64,000 nucleotides of DNA from Fistulifera solaris (Eukaryota). The position numbers were made by a program, and so were the translations under genes. Below the pieces are notes generated by a model that ran no database searches, had not been told where the DNA came from, and worked only from the letters and a program-made list of their open reading frames with translations. Location: contig AP026140.1 in assembly GCA_030295235.1 (NCBI GenBank), forward strand, positions 62,001 through 126,000, given 5' to 3'. Below are positions 48,253-59,583 of this stretch, in pieces; within the stretch, counting starts at the first letter, position 1; each line of letters opens with the position of its first letter.

Positions 48253-50196
48253 ATGTCATCACAACGTCGTCGTGACCGCAATTCACCTCGTAACACGGAT
48301 AATATGGTGTTTGAACCCTTCGATCCTTACGCCGCACCCATGACCATTTCCGTCGTGAACGATCCCCTCGAAGATGACGCCGCCGTAGCTCGTGCTTTAC
48401 AAGCGGAATACGAAGCCGAATACCGACGCAGTCAAAGTGCGTTGCGCAGTGATCACAGCGTTCCTTTGGGTCTCATTGTTTCGACAGCTCCGTACGAACC
48501 ATCAAGAGGATCACAACGTTCGAGCAGTCGTCCATCGGCTCGCGATACAGCCTTTCGGGGCGAAAGCGTACGAAGAGCCAATGAACTTAGCTCGGGACGC
48601 GCCGCCGAACGAAAGCAACAGGAACGAAGTCAGTCGAAAAGCCGTCGCTCGTCACAGGAACTGTCGGATGCGGAATACGCGCGGAAATTAGAACGAGAAA
48701 TGAGTCAAGCCAAAAAGAATCTCATTCGTCAAAACATGCCCAACGTCATTCCAGCAAAAGTCGTTCCTCACTACAAGACAAATCCGATGAAGAGTATGCT
48801 CGAAGATTAGCACGGGAACTAAATAAGCCACATGTGCTGGCGCCCGCGGCCGCGGCAGAAACGTTGAAACGATCTCAAACGCCGGCGACATCTCGTTCGA
48901 ATAGCGAAGATGACATTGCCATAGTGGAGGTGGCGATTATGACCGCCGATGATGAAGCGTATGCTCGTCGGGTCGAACAGGAACTTGCCGACGAACGTTT
49001 AGCCGAAACGATCCGCAGGCAAGAGCAACAGCGCATTGATCGGCAGCGTGCGAATACGTTACAACAGCGACAACAGCAACCCACATCTCGCAAATGTTGG
49101 TTTACACTCTTTCCAATATTGTTGATTATCGGAGCTGTTGGGGGTATCTTGTACTTTTTCTTATTCGGGGATGATGGATTACCGAACTGGATGCCGTGAG
49201 TTGTTTTATGATTGGATTGTCTATCCTGTGTTTGTTTATGTCATGGTCTTACCTATTTTTATCTCTGCCTCTTCAGATCACCAGAGGAGTTTGCGGAGGA
49301 AGATCCATTTGCCCAGAAAGGTCCTGATGAAGTCAATAAGTGGAGAACTTCTGACACTGGTCTTGAGCTGGAGGTTATGAATGCTTTGGACGATCTTTGG
49401 TTCCCTTACTTTTACTCTGCCGTTTCAGAGTGGGACGAAGGAAGTCCCGATGCCGTGACGCTCCGAACCACCCGAGTCGATGCGGACCCTGAATGCCGAA
49501 CCGTTCCGGGGGTGCTCAAAGTTTGCAACGGCAATTACGGCGAAACATCATGGCGAGGAATCAACAAACTTTTGCTGGAAAATGATGACATTTATGCCAG
49601 CGCGGCACGTATGAATGAATTCTACTTCCGTGGGGAGGATTCCGATCAGCGTCAGTACACCATGTGTCACGAGATTGGACACGGTCTGGGGTTACCGTAA
49701 GTGCGAGCGAGGCTTCCCGTGCTAAGATTTATGTTTTCCTGGTGCTAACGCTGCCTTGTCAATTTTTCTTTGCAGACACACGGATGAAAGCTTTGTCAAC
49801 AGAGACCTCGGCAACTGCATGGACTATACCAACCGTCCCGATGTCAATAAGCAACCTGATCGGAGCAACTATGTCTTTTTAGCGGAATTGTACGGTACAG
49901 TACCAGGCAGCCCACCTTATACCCCCGATGTTGACACCGACGGAACAGTCGAAGCCGAAGCACAAGTCAACAATGATTCTGAATCAGATCACAACAGCGA
50001 TGATCGTAGATTGCGTGGTAGTTCACATCGTATTTTGCGTTTCATCGAGCAAGTCGATGAAGAGATTGAACGCGGTCTTTCAGCCATACGATCACACAAT
50101 GATTGGACGCTGTTGCACAGCTCTGCATACGGAGAAGCTCACGAAAAGATACTGGACGATCAATTTAAAGTCCAAGTACACTTTCTTCTCCCTTGA
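48253..50196 (+). CDS. Type II membrane metzincin metallopeptidase with N-terminal D-x2-(Y/L)AR-x-L repeats
   Basis: HEIGHGLGLP/HTDE (HExxHxxGxxH split by intron 49697-49775) and Met-turn NCMDY. One TM helix. Intron 49196-49276. Indel at about 48768. Confidence 0.82.
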
Positions 50197-50349
50197 GAAA
50201 CTTTACTTTTTTTCGTTTTTGTCCGGGTCGCACTAAGCAGAGTAAAGATACATTTATACAAACTCGTATTTCTTGCTCTGCTGTCGTGGTAGCTCTAATT
50301 ATAACGACTTGTGGATTAGTATGTTGTTTATATTCTTTTCACTTAAACA

Positions 50350-50670
50350 CTATTCATCGTCTTCGGCTGCCACAAAAGGATTCGCAATTTCCTCCGCCCC
50401 TTCTTGTGGCGCCACGAGCGACACTTGCGTTCCCCGAATTACTGCCATCCCCAACTTTCGTGTGCGATCCGTCGGCATTTGCGTCTCCGGATCTCTTATA
50501 TACTCAATGCAATCTTCTAAAACTAGATTCACAAGATCATCGTAGCCTTTGAGCGTCCCTTTCAACTCTCTGCCCCCGAGACATTTGACTTGTACAACAG
50601 TGTCCATCATTTTGGCCAATTCGAGAATCGATTCTTTGCGGTGTGAAGTTTTTTCGGCACTTGTACTCAT
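50350..50670 (-). CDS. LSM7: U6 snRNA-associated Sm-like protein LSm7
   Basis: KESILEL.K..D..V.VK..GGRE..G.LKGYD.LVNLVL...R.LG..V.RGT.V.....EEIANPF. Confidence 0.96.
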   Translation of the reverse strand: MSTSAEKTSHRKESILELAKMMDTVVQVKCLGGRELKGTLKGYDDLVNLVLEDCIEYIRDPETQMPTDRTRKLGMAVIRGTQVSLVAPQEGAEEIANPFVAAEDDE

Positions 50671-50842
50671 ATTGTGTTGTTTGATTGATGTTTATTGGAT
50701 TGTGTTCTTTATTATGGTGTATAAAGGGAACAAAACGAAGAATAATGACGCCGCATAGCACTTCATTGTCATCGACGCGGCGGGGTCTCGTCGCTGTCGT
50801 TCATCTCTGTCGGTCGATGATTGTCGACATTCCATGTGCGTC

Positions 50843-51072
50843 TTTCACCTTCCCAGAAAATCTGGAGAAAGCTGTGGGGTCATGTACCCAGAAGATGTGG
50901 GCGAGTGCTATTTTCACGTACCCAGAAAATGTGGGAGAGTACTATTTTCACGTACCCAGAAAATGTGGGAGAGTGGTATTTTCACCCAGAGGGCGTGTGA
51001 TATTTTTACTTACCCAGAAAATGTGGGGGTGTGCTATTTTCACGCACCCGGAAAATGTGGGAGCGTGCTTTT
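50843..51072. repeat. Minisatellite of about 6 copies of a 34-bp unit (TATTTTCACGTACCCAGAAAATGTGGGAGAGTGC)
   Basis: Direct repeats between the divergent LSM7 and nocturnin-like genes. Confidence 0.9.
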
Positions 51073-51235
51073 CAATAGTCACACGAGGGCGCCTGCAACA
51101 AAATCTTTTTTCACAAAAAGTTGTTGTCGATCTATTCTTTGACATCCTTATTACAAGTACTTGCAGATGTAGTGTCAGTTGTCAGCATCAAGCAAGCTGC
51201 ACTAATATTATCATTCATTCGCTTGTATTTGATGA

Positions 51236-52735
51236 ATGATACGACGACAGAGACTTCCTGCCTTGTTTATAGATTTATGTATCATCGTTTGGTTGCTTCC
51301 CACTACCGGCCATAGTTTCGCTCATCCTCGTCGTCGTTTCTTTGGCTCCTTTCGGTATTACCGACCCTGGTCATTGAATTTGTTTCTTTCCAGTTATCCT
51401 CAAGAAGAAGAAGACAAAGAAAGCTTACAAGAACTACAACAAAAGTTTTCAAAGCCAAGTGCTTCAAAGAATCCTATCACTATTCGATCGAACGCTTGTC
51501 ACAACATGAACAGCTTCACTCCCGTCAAAGATCAATTCGGTCTTCCCGCTTGGCAGGATATATCCGAAAATCGATTCATTCGCATTGAATCGGAAGTTGT
51601 CTCTGATCATGCATTAACTACTACGGAGCAAGTTTGGAAACAAATTCGCAACGTTCGATCGACACAACAAGAATACGGTCCCTCGAATCTTCTTTCTCGG
51701 ACGTGGATCCCATCAACGCCATTGACTCCGACAACAGAAAACACATTTTCGGTGGCGCAATTCAATGCACTGGCTGAAGGGTTGTCTGCGGGGCCCAATG
51801 TCCCGACACCTTTTACGCCGTGCCTCGATGACGATACGCCCTCAAGCAACAACATCAACAGCAATAAGAATCCAGTCGAGATGTATGGAGGATTCACATC
51901 GATTCCTCATCCAGAACTTATCTTGGATTTCGAACTCCGAAAATGGCGTCTCTTGGAAGTTCTTCTGACATCGGATCAAGCCGACGATACAACTGTCAAG
52001 CCCTGTGACCTTTTGGCGGTGGAAGAAATGGATCGATTTTATGGTTTCTTTGCTCCAATGTTACGTCTGTTTGGTTATCATGGCGCCTTTTGTCCCAAAC
52101 GGCAATCTCCGGGCGTGAGTATGGGCTGGTACTCCGATGGTTGTGCCCTGTTCTGGAACCAACAAGTCTTTGAAGTCATCTCACAACGTCATCATGGATA
52201 TTCTGTTGGAAATCAAGTTGCCTTGCATGTTGTATTGAGGCATCAAAGTAGTAATAGATTGCTGGTGGTCGTTGTGACACATTTGAAAGCGAAATGCAGT
52301 GCCGCGAACGAAATGATACGCATGACACAATTACAAGAACTGTTGGTGCAAATAGAAGAGACAATAAAAGACGTCCCATCAAAGGTCCACGATTCCAATC
52401 AAATACCAGTTATTCTTTTGGGTGATTTTAATACGGATCCTCCGGCGACTTTCCCATCACAGGGCGCCTCTTCGTTGAATCAGCTGATAACAGCATCGAA
52501 TGGCTGTTTTCAGTCGCTTTATCCCTTGGACTCGTCAACGCATTATACAACATGGAAGGCACGGGGATCGGAGACAGTCAAGCGCATCATTGACTACATC
52601 TTTTACCGGGGTCCTGTGGAGCCCGTAGCTACCTTGGAAGTTCCTGAAGAAACGGAACTAGAGCCGACCAAACTGCCCGGACTGCGCTATCCTTCCGATC
52701 ACGTACTCATCGCTGGTCGATTTCATTTCCTTTGA
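51236..52735 (+). CDS. Nocturnin/CCR4-like EEP-family phosphatase with an N-terminal targeting peptide
   Basis: QFNALAEGLS, EEMD, DGCALF, THLKA, GDFN, YTTWK.R, IDYIFY and YPSDH. Signal peptide plus HS-FAHP. Confidence 0.88.
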   Translation: MIRRQRLPALFIDLCIIVWLLPTTGHSFAHPRRRFFGSFRYYRPWSLNLFLSSYPQEEEDKESLQELQQKFSKPSASKNPITIRSNACHNMNSFTPVKDQFGLPAWQDISENRFIRIESEVVSDHALTTTEQVWKQIRNVRSTQQEYGPSNLLSRTWIPSTPLTPTTENTFSVAQFNALAEGLSAGPNVPTPFTPCLDDDTPSSNNINSNKNPVEMYGGFTSIPHPELILDFELRKWRLLEVLLTSDQADDTTVKPCDLLAVEEMDRFYGFFAPMLRLFGYHGAFCPKRQSPGVSMGWYSDGCALFWNQQVFEVISQRHHGYSVGNQVALHVVLRHQSSNRLLVVVVTHLKAKCSAANEMIRMTQLQELLVQIEETIKDVPSKVHDSNQIPVILLGDFNTDPPATFPSQGASSLNQLITASNGCFQSLYPLDSSTHYTTWKARGSETVKRIIDYIFYRGPVEPVATLEVPEETELEPTKLPGLRYPSDHVLIAGRFHFL

Positions 52736-52988
52736 AATTTACTTGTAAGTAATATCATTGTAGAAGCATGTAGCTAGGAATAGCATGTTTTAAATGTACT
52801 TTAAATGTTGTTGCTCGAAGGGCAAGGATGTGAAAATCCGTAGTAATCAAGTTATTATGTTCAGCAGAAGAAGAGCTAATTTGACTTTCCCACCGAAAAA
52901 ATCAGCCCCTTCAAACTATTGCCAAAGGCTGAGTTTTCGGAAAGAGAAGGTTCACGTGCGTTTCTCATCAACAGTTCCTCTTTGACTA

Positions 52989-53270
52989 TCATTGAATGCC
53001 TCGCTTCTTCATTTCTGCTTTGGCTTCTTCAATTTCAGCCTCCAATTCCGTACTTGCGTTAGGTACATCATTGAAACTCATGACTCCCACTATCAGAACG
53101 GCCAGAAGATACAGTCCTACAGCCACAATGGCCCAGAAAGGCAGGAAATAAATGAACAACAGCATGGCATTGTTGTCGTCGTATTCGCTGCGCTTTTGCA
53201 ATGCCATGTACCAGATAGAAAGCAGGGCAACAGCGTACCCGATGAATAGTTGATAACGCAGTAAAGCCAT
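52989..53270 (-). CDS. DPM3: Dolichol-phosphate mannosyltransferase subunit 3
   Basis: 93 aa with two TM helices and FND.P.A..EL..EI.EAK...K.RG. Confidence 0.9.
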   Translation of the reverse strand: MALLRYQLFIGYAVALLSIWYMALQKRSEYDDNNAMLLFIYFLPFWAIVAVGLYLLAVLIVGVMSFNDVPNASTELEAEIEEAKAEMKKRGIQ

Positions 53271-54248
53271 GGTTAATTGTATCGAAAGGAAAGAAAGGAA
53301 GCAAAGTTGAAATGAATAATGTCACTTCCCTTCCATCATTGCCGCACAATACTCGCAATAACTTTTACCAGTACTTTCGCAAAGCCAAACTACGGTTCAT
53401 GACTGAATGCAGTCGTGGTAAAGTTGGATTACACTTTGGATTTATAGTCAAAACGGAATACACCGATCCGCAAAGAGTTTCGGCATGTGATTATGAGCCA
53501 AAACGACGCTAATGAAGGATACAGGATACTATGAGTCAAAACGACGCTGATAAAGGATGCAATACAACTAAAATAATAAGACGAACGCGAGCGATGACTC
53601 GAGAAGACGAACGGACTATAGACATTGCCGTCATGCACGAAAATTTAGGTGATTGATTATGATGATGATTCAAGTTTTATGGTTGAATGGCAAAGATAAT
53701 TAACCACCTTTTCTAAAAAATCAAAGATAACTTGTAAGTGGGGTGCATAATGATCAACACGTTATTTTTCATGTCGTTGCAACTTTTTAGCAAAGAGACA
53801 AAATAAGTGATGTCGGAAATTCTGTGTGACAGTCGAATGCATGTGACATGTGACATGTGCCAGATACCGTGAAACAACTTTGCTTGTGTATTTAGAGTTT
53901 ACAGCGATACCCAATCGTCCTTTGTGTACGGACAGAAGGAAAGGCGATAATTATGATTATATTTAGTTAGACGATGCAAACCGTAACCGTTTCAAAAAGC
54001 TTAATCAATTTTGCGGACGAATAAAATTCATAGCAAAATCTTCCCTATCTCCGCAAGTACTATCACCTAAAGTGGTGAAGGGGGCCTCCGATTTTGAAAT
54101 TTTAGCCGGTGAATCCGACGAATTGCGAACTGTTACCATCCAATCTAACGAAATCGGTGACATGCTTGTCAATCGCCTCACCATTTCAATCAAAAAATAG
54201 CCCGTTCGCTTGATACCGAGACCATACAAGAAACTACAACCACCAAGA

Positions 54249-55220
54249 ATGCAAGACCAATCACCCCTACTGAGCTTGCGAATGAGGTCGTCGGATTCGC
54301 AGTTTGTTCGGTTCGAAGTCGACCAAGATAGCTCAATGGACCAACTTGCCGTCATGATATCTCAAGATCGAGAATACCGCTGTCGAGACTATTTCGGACG
54401 ACGAAGCGCTGCGAAATCGATGCACACTCAATCACCGACTTCAACGCAGTTGGAGTTATTAGACGATACGCCCGACAGTATCTGCCGAGAGAAAATGGTC
54501 GATTGGAGCTATCGCGTTTGCGATCATTTTCACACCAAGCGCGAAATCGTAGCTTATGCGTTTTCCTTTCTGGATCGTTTCGTCGATCGGTGTCACTGTG
54601 ATCGAAAAGCGTTCAAATTGGCTGCCATGACGGCACTCTACTTGTCGACAAAAATATTCAATCAGCAACAAATGTCACTGGGCAGCATATCGGAGTTGAG
54701 CCGAGGAGAGTTCGCGACTCATCATATTGCGGAGATGGAGAGTATAATTCTGCAAACACTCAATTGGAAGATGAATCCTCCCATTGTACAAGCCTTTATT
54801 CGAGTGTTACTACCGGTGCTGGTCCAGGAAAGGAGTCCGCGCAGTATCCAAAACTTGTGCGACCGCGCCATTTTCTTTGCCGAATTAGCCGTCTTTGATT
54901 ACAGCTTGATTACCGAAGATCGTTACGTGCTAGCGATCGCGTGCATACTGAATGCGGTGGAGAGCATGGACGAGACTCTGTTACAACAGTCCAGTCCTTC
55001 CCAGCTGCTAATGAATTTACAATCTCAACATTGCCTCGATCCCGATATGGAAGCACTGGGACATTGTCAGGGGCGTCTGTGGATACTGTACGGTACTTCC
55101 GCTCAACTCAAAGAAGGTGATATTCTACCACTACACATTCGAAAAGGACTTGAAGTCGAATACTCGGGTGAATCGAAGGGGCACAGCGCTCATTCACCCA
55201 TTGGAGTCGGGCACTATTGA
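54249..55220 (+). CDS. Cyclin (diatom-specific type)
   Basis: Cyclin box CREKMVDWSY.VCDHF...REIV..A.SFLDRF and EME..IL..L.W..NPP. Confidence 0.92.
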   Translation: MQDQSPLLSLRMRSSDSQFVRFEVDQDSSMDQLAVMISQDREYRCRDYFGRRSAAKSMHTQSPTSTQLELLDDTPDSICREKMVDWSYRVCDHFHTKREIVAYAFSFLDRFVDRCHCDRKAFKLAAMTALYLSTKIFNQQQMSLGSISELSRGEFATHHIAEMESIILQTLNWKMNPPIVQAFIRVLLPVLVQERSPRSIQNLCDRAIFFAELAVFDYSLITEDRYVLAIACILNAVESMDETLLQQSSPSQLLMNLQSQHCLDPDMEALGHCQGRLWILYGTSAQLKEGDILPLHIRKGLEVEYSGESKGHSAHSPIGVGHY

Positions 55221-55747
55221 TATTCTGGATAAACAGAATGAATCATGTCCTTTCTGCTTAACGACAGTCCAAAATCATAAATTATAGATCTTTTGTTCAT
55301 ATTTTTCAGGAACGGCAACACTAGAAAAATGATTTGAAGAGCCACGACTTTCATAAACGGCATTTCAAACAATTGTAATTCATTGCCAGACCAATACCAT
55401 TGCAATCAATATCTCTAGAGATAGCTGGGGCCAGACTGTTTCCCTATATGGTGACGTGTGACGTGGGCAAAGGGTGCGGAGATTCGTGCCATGCGTGAAT
55501 GAGTCGGTCCTGTGAATCTGGGACAAACACACACACGTGCGCGGCAGTACTGAATTCTACGGCCGGCGGGCTGTGTGTGTAATGCGTGACGCAGCAACGG
55601 AGAAGGATTTTGTGCGCCGCGAATAAAGGATCGCGTTTGCTGAGCCGCCGTCGATGCACGATGCGCGTTATTTATTGCATGTGTTGCAAACAATAGTTTG
55701 TCATTGCTTTCGTCTTTGTCTCTATTTCTTTGCTTCATTCATTCAAA

Positions 55748-57505
55748 ATGATAAAGAAAACAGACTCGTGGACGCTTCCGTCTATTTTCGGCTTCGAAAA
55801 GCGTACTTATCAGTACATTGCGTCCGAATTTCATCCCTTTCATCAGCACGAAGGAAATGTGTTGGCGCATCTTTTCACGACGAGTCTCGGTATTTGGGGA
55901 GCCATTCAGCTCGCGCGGGTTCTTGGTTTCGCATTTTTGCCTGTAGCGTACGGTATACTGGTGGCGGCTACCACTCCGCTGATGACGGCCTTTCTGCACT
56001 CGCTCTTCCTTTACGGCGCCTTTTTTACTTCAGTTCCGCTGGTATTCGGAATGACGTCCGAATGGCAAGTCTGTCTTTCAGCGATTGCCGTAGGATACGG
56101 TCTACAGGATGTAGCGCATTGGGCTTTTCAAGAAAAGACTTATATGCAGAGTTACATGGGAGAAAAGAAGCCTTGGATGTTGATCGTTCATTCGATTTGG
56201 TTGCTTCCGCTGGTGTTGGATAGTATGACCATGCGCTACTGGTTTCTGCCCAAAATTGTCAGTCGGAATCGTAACATTGTAACACAGGTAGCCAGTCGTG
56301 AAGCAGTCGAGAATTTGCGGAAATGGATACACGAAAACGTTCCCGAGACACCGGAAACCACACATGTCTGGCCGCACAAACAGGAAGCCACTTCCCAAGC
56401 AACGGCGGCTTTAGAACATGATCCGGCCATTCTGGAAGGTTTCCGTCGTGTTTTTGCCGCAAAACACTTTGATGTCCGCCCGGTGCAATCCATGAACGAG
56501 ATTTACGTTACGGCTGTTGGGGCCAAGAAAGAAATCAATTCGGATGCGGTATTCTATACTCCGCACACCGATGGGCCGTATTGGTTCTTGCCGTGTGCTT
56601 CCTTGTATCGTGTTTTGGTGGGAGTTACACCCAATCGCATGGTCCGCACTCGTTTTAATTTGCAGCATGAATCACGTGACAAGGTAGTCGATATGTACGA
56701 TGTATTGGGCTTTGACTACAGCCGTGAGTTGCACTGGATCGACCACGTGCCTGGTGCGGTCAACGATGAGCGACGATCTCTGTTGAAGCTGCATTTTATT
56801 GTTTATCCGAAAGGATGGCACTGGTACGGAGATTTATGTGCTACTCTGCAAACGAACTACAATACCTGGGCTCGCAACAACTTTTTGCGCACACTACGAC
56901 CAGAAGGCTGGTACGAATTTGGCTTGGCTTGGTGGATCTGGTTGACGACTTGGACCAATGCGATCTTTGAAGAACACGTCGGATGGAGTAACCTAGTGTA
57001 TTTGCTGGCTAGCTACGCGATGGGAGCGACTCCTTTCTTGATCCTGACTTCATTCCGTCATTATGTCGTCTACATTACGACTTTTGCGTTCCGTGAGCCA
57101 GATGTTGGCCATGGGTATTTGATGCGTGACGCCAAATTGTACAAAACCGTCAGCATGATGCACATTGCTCGTCGAATCTTACCGCTGGTCGCTATGCAGA
57201 ACGATTGGCCGGCCGTTCTGTTGGCGTTCGCTGGATTCGGCACGACGTTGGCGGCGACCGCTCGCTTGGGGATGGTTCGTACGTACTTTGGTACCGAGCT
57301 TGGTTTGGTGAAGCCAATGTGGATTTCCGGATTCCCCTATGGATATATTCCGCATCCCATGATTGTGGGACAGATCTTCGCTTTTTATGTGATTCTAGGA
57401 TGGTTTTGGCCGCGACTCACGCAAGAAGATGTTGCCTTGTTAGTCACTCACATGGGCTTTTATACCACGCACATGCTTCAAGAGATGTTTACCGGTAGCT
57501 ATTGA
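55748..57505 (+). CDS. Multi-domain membrane protein: Mpo1/DUF962-like + putative Fe(II) dioxygenase + PEMT-like domain
   Basis: N-terminal F...H....N...H and GY.LQ..AH..F.EK. Central HTD...H...R. C-terminal TYFG.ELG...GFPY..IPHPM.VG. Confidence 0.8.
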   Translation: MIKKTDSWTLPSIFGFEKRTYQYIASEFHPFHQHEGNVLAHLFTTSLGIWGAIQLARVLGFAFLPVAYGILVAATTPLMTAFLHSLFLYGAFFTSVPLVFGMTSEWQVCLSAIAVGYGLQDVAHWAFQEKTYMQSYMGEKKPWMLIVHSIWLLPLVLDSMTMRYWFLPKIVSRNRNIVTQVASREAVENLRKWIHENVPETPETTHVWPHKQEATSQATAALEHDPAILEGFRRVFAAKHFDVRPVQSMNEIYVTAVGAKKEINSDAVFYTPHTDGPYWFLPCASLYRVLVGVTPNRMVRTRFNLQHESRDKVVDMYDVLGFDYSRELHWIDHVPGAVNDERRSLLKLHFIVYPKGWHWYGDLCATLQTNYNTWARNNFLRTLRPEGWYEFGLAWWIWLTTWTNAIFEEHVGWSNLVYLLASYAMGATPFLILTSFRHYVVYITTFAFREPDVGHGYLMRDAKLYKTVSMMHIARRILPLVAMQNDWPAVLLAFAGFGTTLAATARLGMVRTYFGTELGLVKPMWISGFPYGYIPHPMIVGQIFAFYVILGWFWPRLTQEDVALLVTHMGFYTTHMLQEMFTGSY

Positions 57506-58478
57506 AAATTGAAAACACATAACGCTCAATTTAAAAAGTAATGATAATATTCATTCCCTGGCTCAAAATATAAAGTAGATACGACCTACGATGCCTAATC
57601 AACCGACTATTGATTACAGAATTGTATGTCTGTTGCATTCGTCTTTGCTTTTGCGAGGTAAGATGTCTGCTAGCTCTTACGCTTTTTGCAGTCGGTAGTT
57701 AGTTATGCTTTATTTCACGATTCGTGACTTATTCGCGACTCTCTTCCTTTCTCTGACGCCACCCACCGCTCAAGCAGGATGGAAGGCCGTTTAATCATTT
57801 ACAATTACAAGGATTTGTAGTAAAAGTTATAAAGATAGAGAGCGTCGAGTCTCGCATTATTTGTTCGTATCCCTAGTTTTCTGCCGTACAGTATGACGAA
57901 CGACGAACTTTATGGACACGCGAGAGATGTCAAACCCAATCTCATTGGCTAAAAACACTCGGAGTATCGACTTCATCCAAGTGAAACGCATACTTTTGTG
58001 TACAGAATTAACCCACGTCTGATCATCGTCCGTTGATGATTCGTGTCGGTTCGTGTGTCCAGTATCTAGTTTGGTGTACGTCATCAAGAAACAAGTTCCC
58101 AAACCAAAAGCGAAGGCTGGAATTTGGCGACGTGAACGAGTTCCTTGTATGGTCATAAGTTGTAGTATCCGCTTTACTTAATGGAGGAGTCACGCTTGCA
58201 ACTTTTCTACTAATTCCTATATTACTCTAGCTTAGGAAGTAGGACATACGCGTCTGTCTCCCCTACAAAAATACACGTCGAAGTTTTGCAACACCACGAG
58301 ATCGAAACGCCAAACCGTGGCCACCTCCACCTCGAGTGGAGGAAAAATCTTCCGACTTTTCGCTCGTCCCCCCAATTGATTTCACTTTTTGTATCCTCGG
58401 CTCTCTCAAACGGTTCAATTATCGTCGATCAAATAACATCTTGCTGGACAAATCAACTATTCAAGCTGTCAATCAAAA

Positions 58479-59583
58479 ATGAACCCGGCAATGATTGATG
58501 TTGATGATGCGATCGATCGATTGATTGCCATGAGGCACCAAGAGGAAGTCAGTTATTCTTATCGAAAGTACCTTCCTCCGTTTCCTGCTGGATCCTTCGA
58601 TGGAAAATTAAACGTAACATGGCGAGAGAAGATCTGTCAGTGGAGCTATAACGTAGTAGACCAGTAAGTATCTACTTTCAGAGATTAGTTGTCTTCGTTG
58701 ATCGCCGACTTTACTCACATACTAAATCCTCCGATACAGTTTCGAACTATCGAGAGAAGTCGTTGCAGTAAGCATATCAATATTTGATCGCTTTCTAGCG
58801 ACTCAAGGAAACAAGTGCAACGGCGCGCTTGCTCTTTTAACGTCCCTAACGACATTACACATCGCCATCAAGCTCCACGAGAACAAGAAGATCAAGCTCA
58901 CTACTTTGGCAAACTTGAGCCGAGGCCAGTTCGGCCCGGAACATATCGAGGAAATGGAGAGACGAATACTGAATGCTGTCGGCTGGAAAGTTCATCCACC
59001 GACGCACTATTCTTTCATCTCAGACTTTCTGCTGCTTTTGCCTCAGGAAGCCAATCCTGTGGTCCGTAAAGAGTTGTTTGAACTCTCAAGGTACATTTCT
59101 GAGCTCGCTGTTTGCGACTCTTTCTTTGTTGATGTCAACAACTCCACAGTAGCTTTTGCAGCTCTGCTCTGTGTCATGGATGATATCAGTTATTCGAGGC
59201 TATCAGCGGGTTTGCGCGAGAAGATGTTGGTGGACATTTCTCTAAAAGTGGGCTTGAACCACTTTTCGCGCCCCGTTCAGGCTGCTCGTGAGCGTTTGAG
59301 AACAATGTTCATCAACAGCTCAGCGCATACGATGCTCGCGAGCTTCAACCAGAAAATGTACGACGCTACTTCCGATTCGCACTCCTTCGGGAATGCCTCG
59401 ATATCGTCCACTGGATCCAGTTCTCCGTCTCTTCCGAGCAGATCGCGCACCAATTCCTTCGACAGCAAGAGCAGCTATCGTTATTCTCCCTCACCACGAC
59501 GCCACTTTGTTGCCAGCGTCTCGCCTATGCGCCATGGCCGATCCCACATATCTTGCTCCCCCATTATGGCGGGCGTACAATGA
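58479..59583 (+). CDS. Cyclin (diatom-specific type)
   Basis: WREKICQWSYNVVDHFELSREVV.....FDRFL and EMERRIL..V.W..HPPT. Intron 58664-58739. Confidence 0.92.

Noticed and set aside
55533..55540. ACACGTGC low-iron-type motif upstream of the three-domain enzyme
   Set aside because: A single 8-mer at the end of a CA run. About this many are expected by chance in 64 kb.
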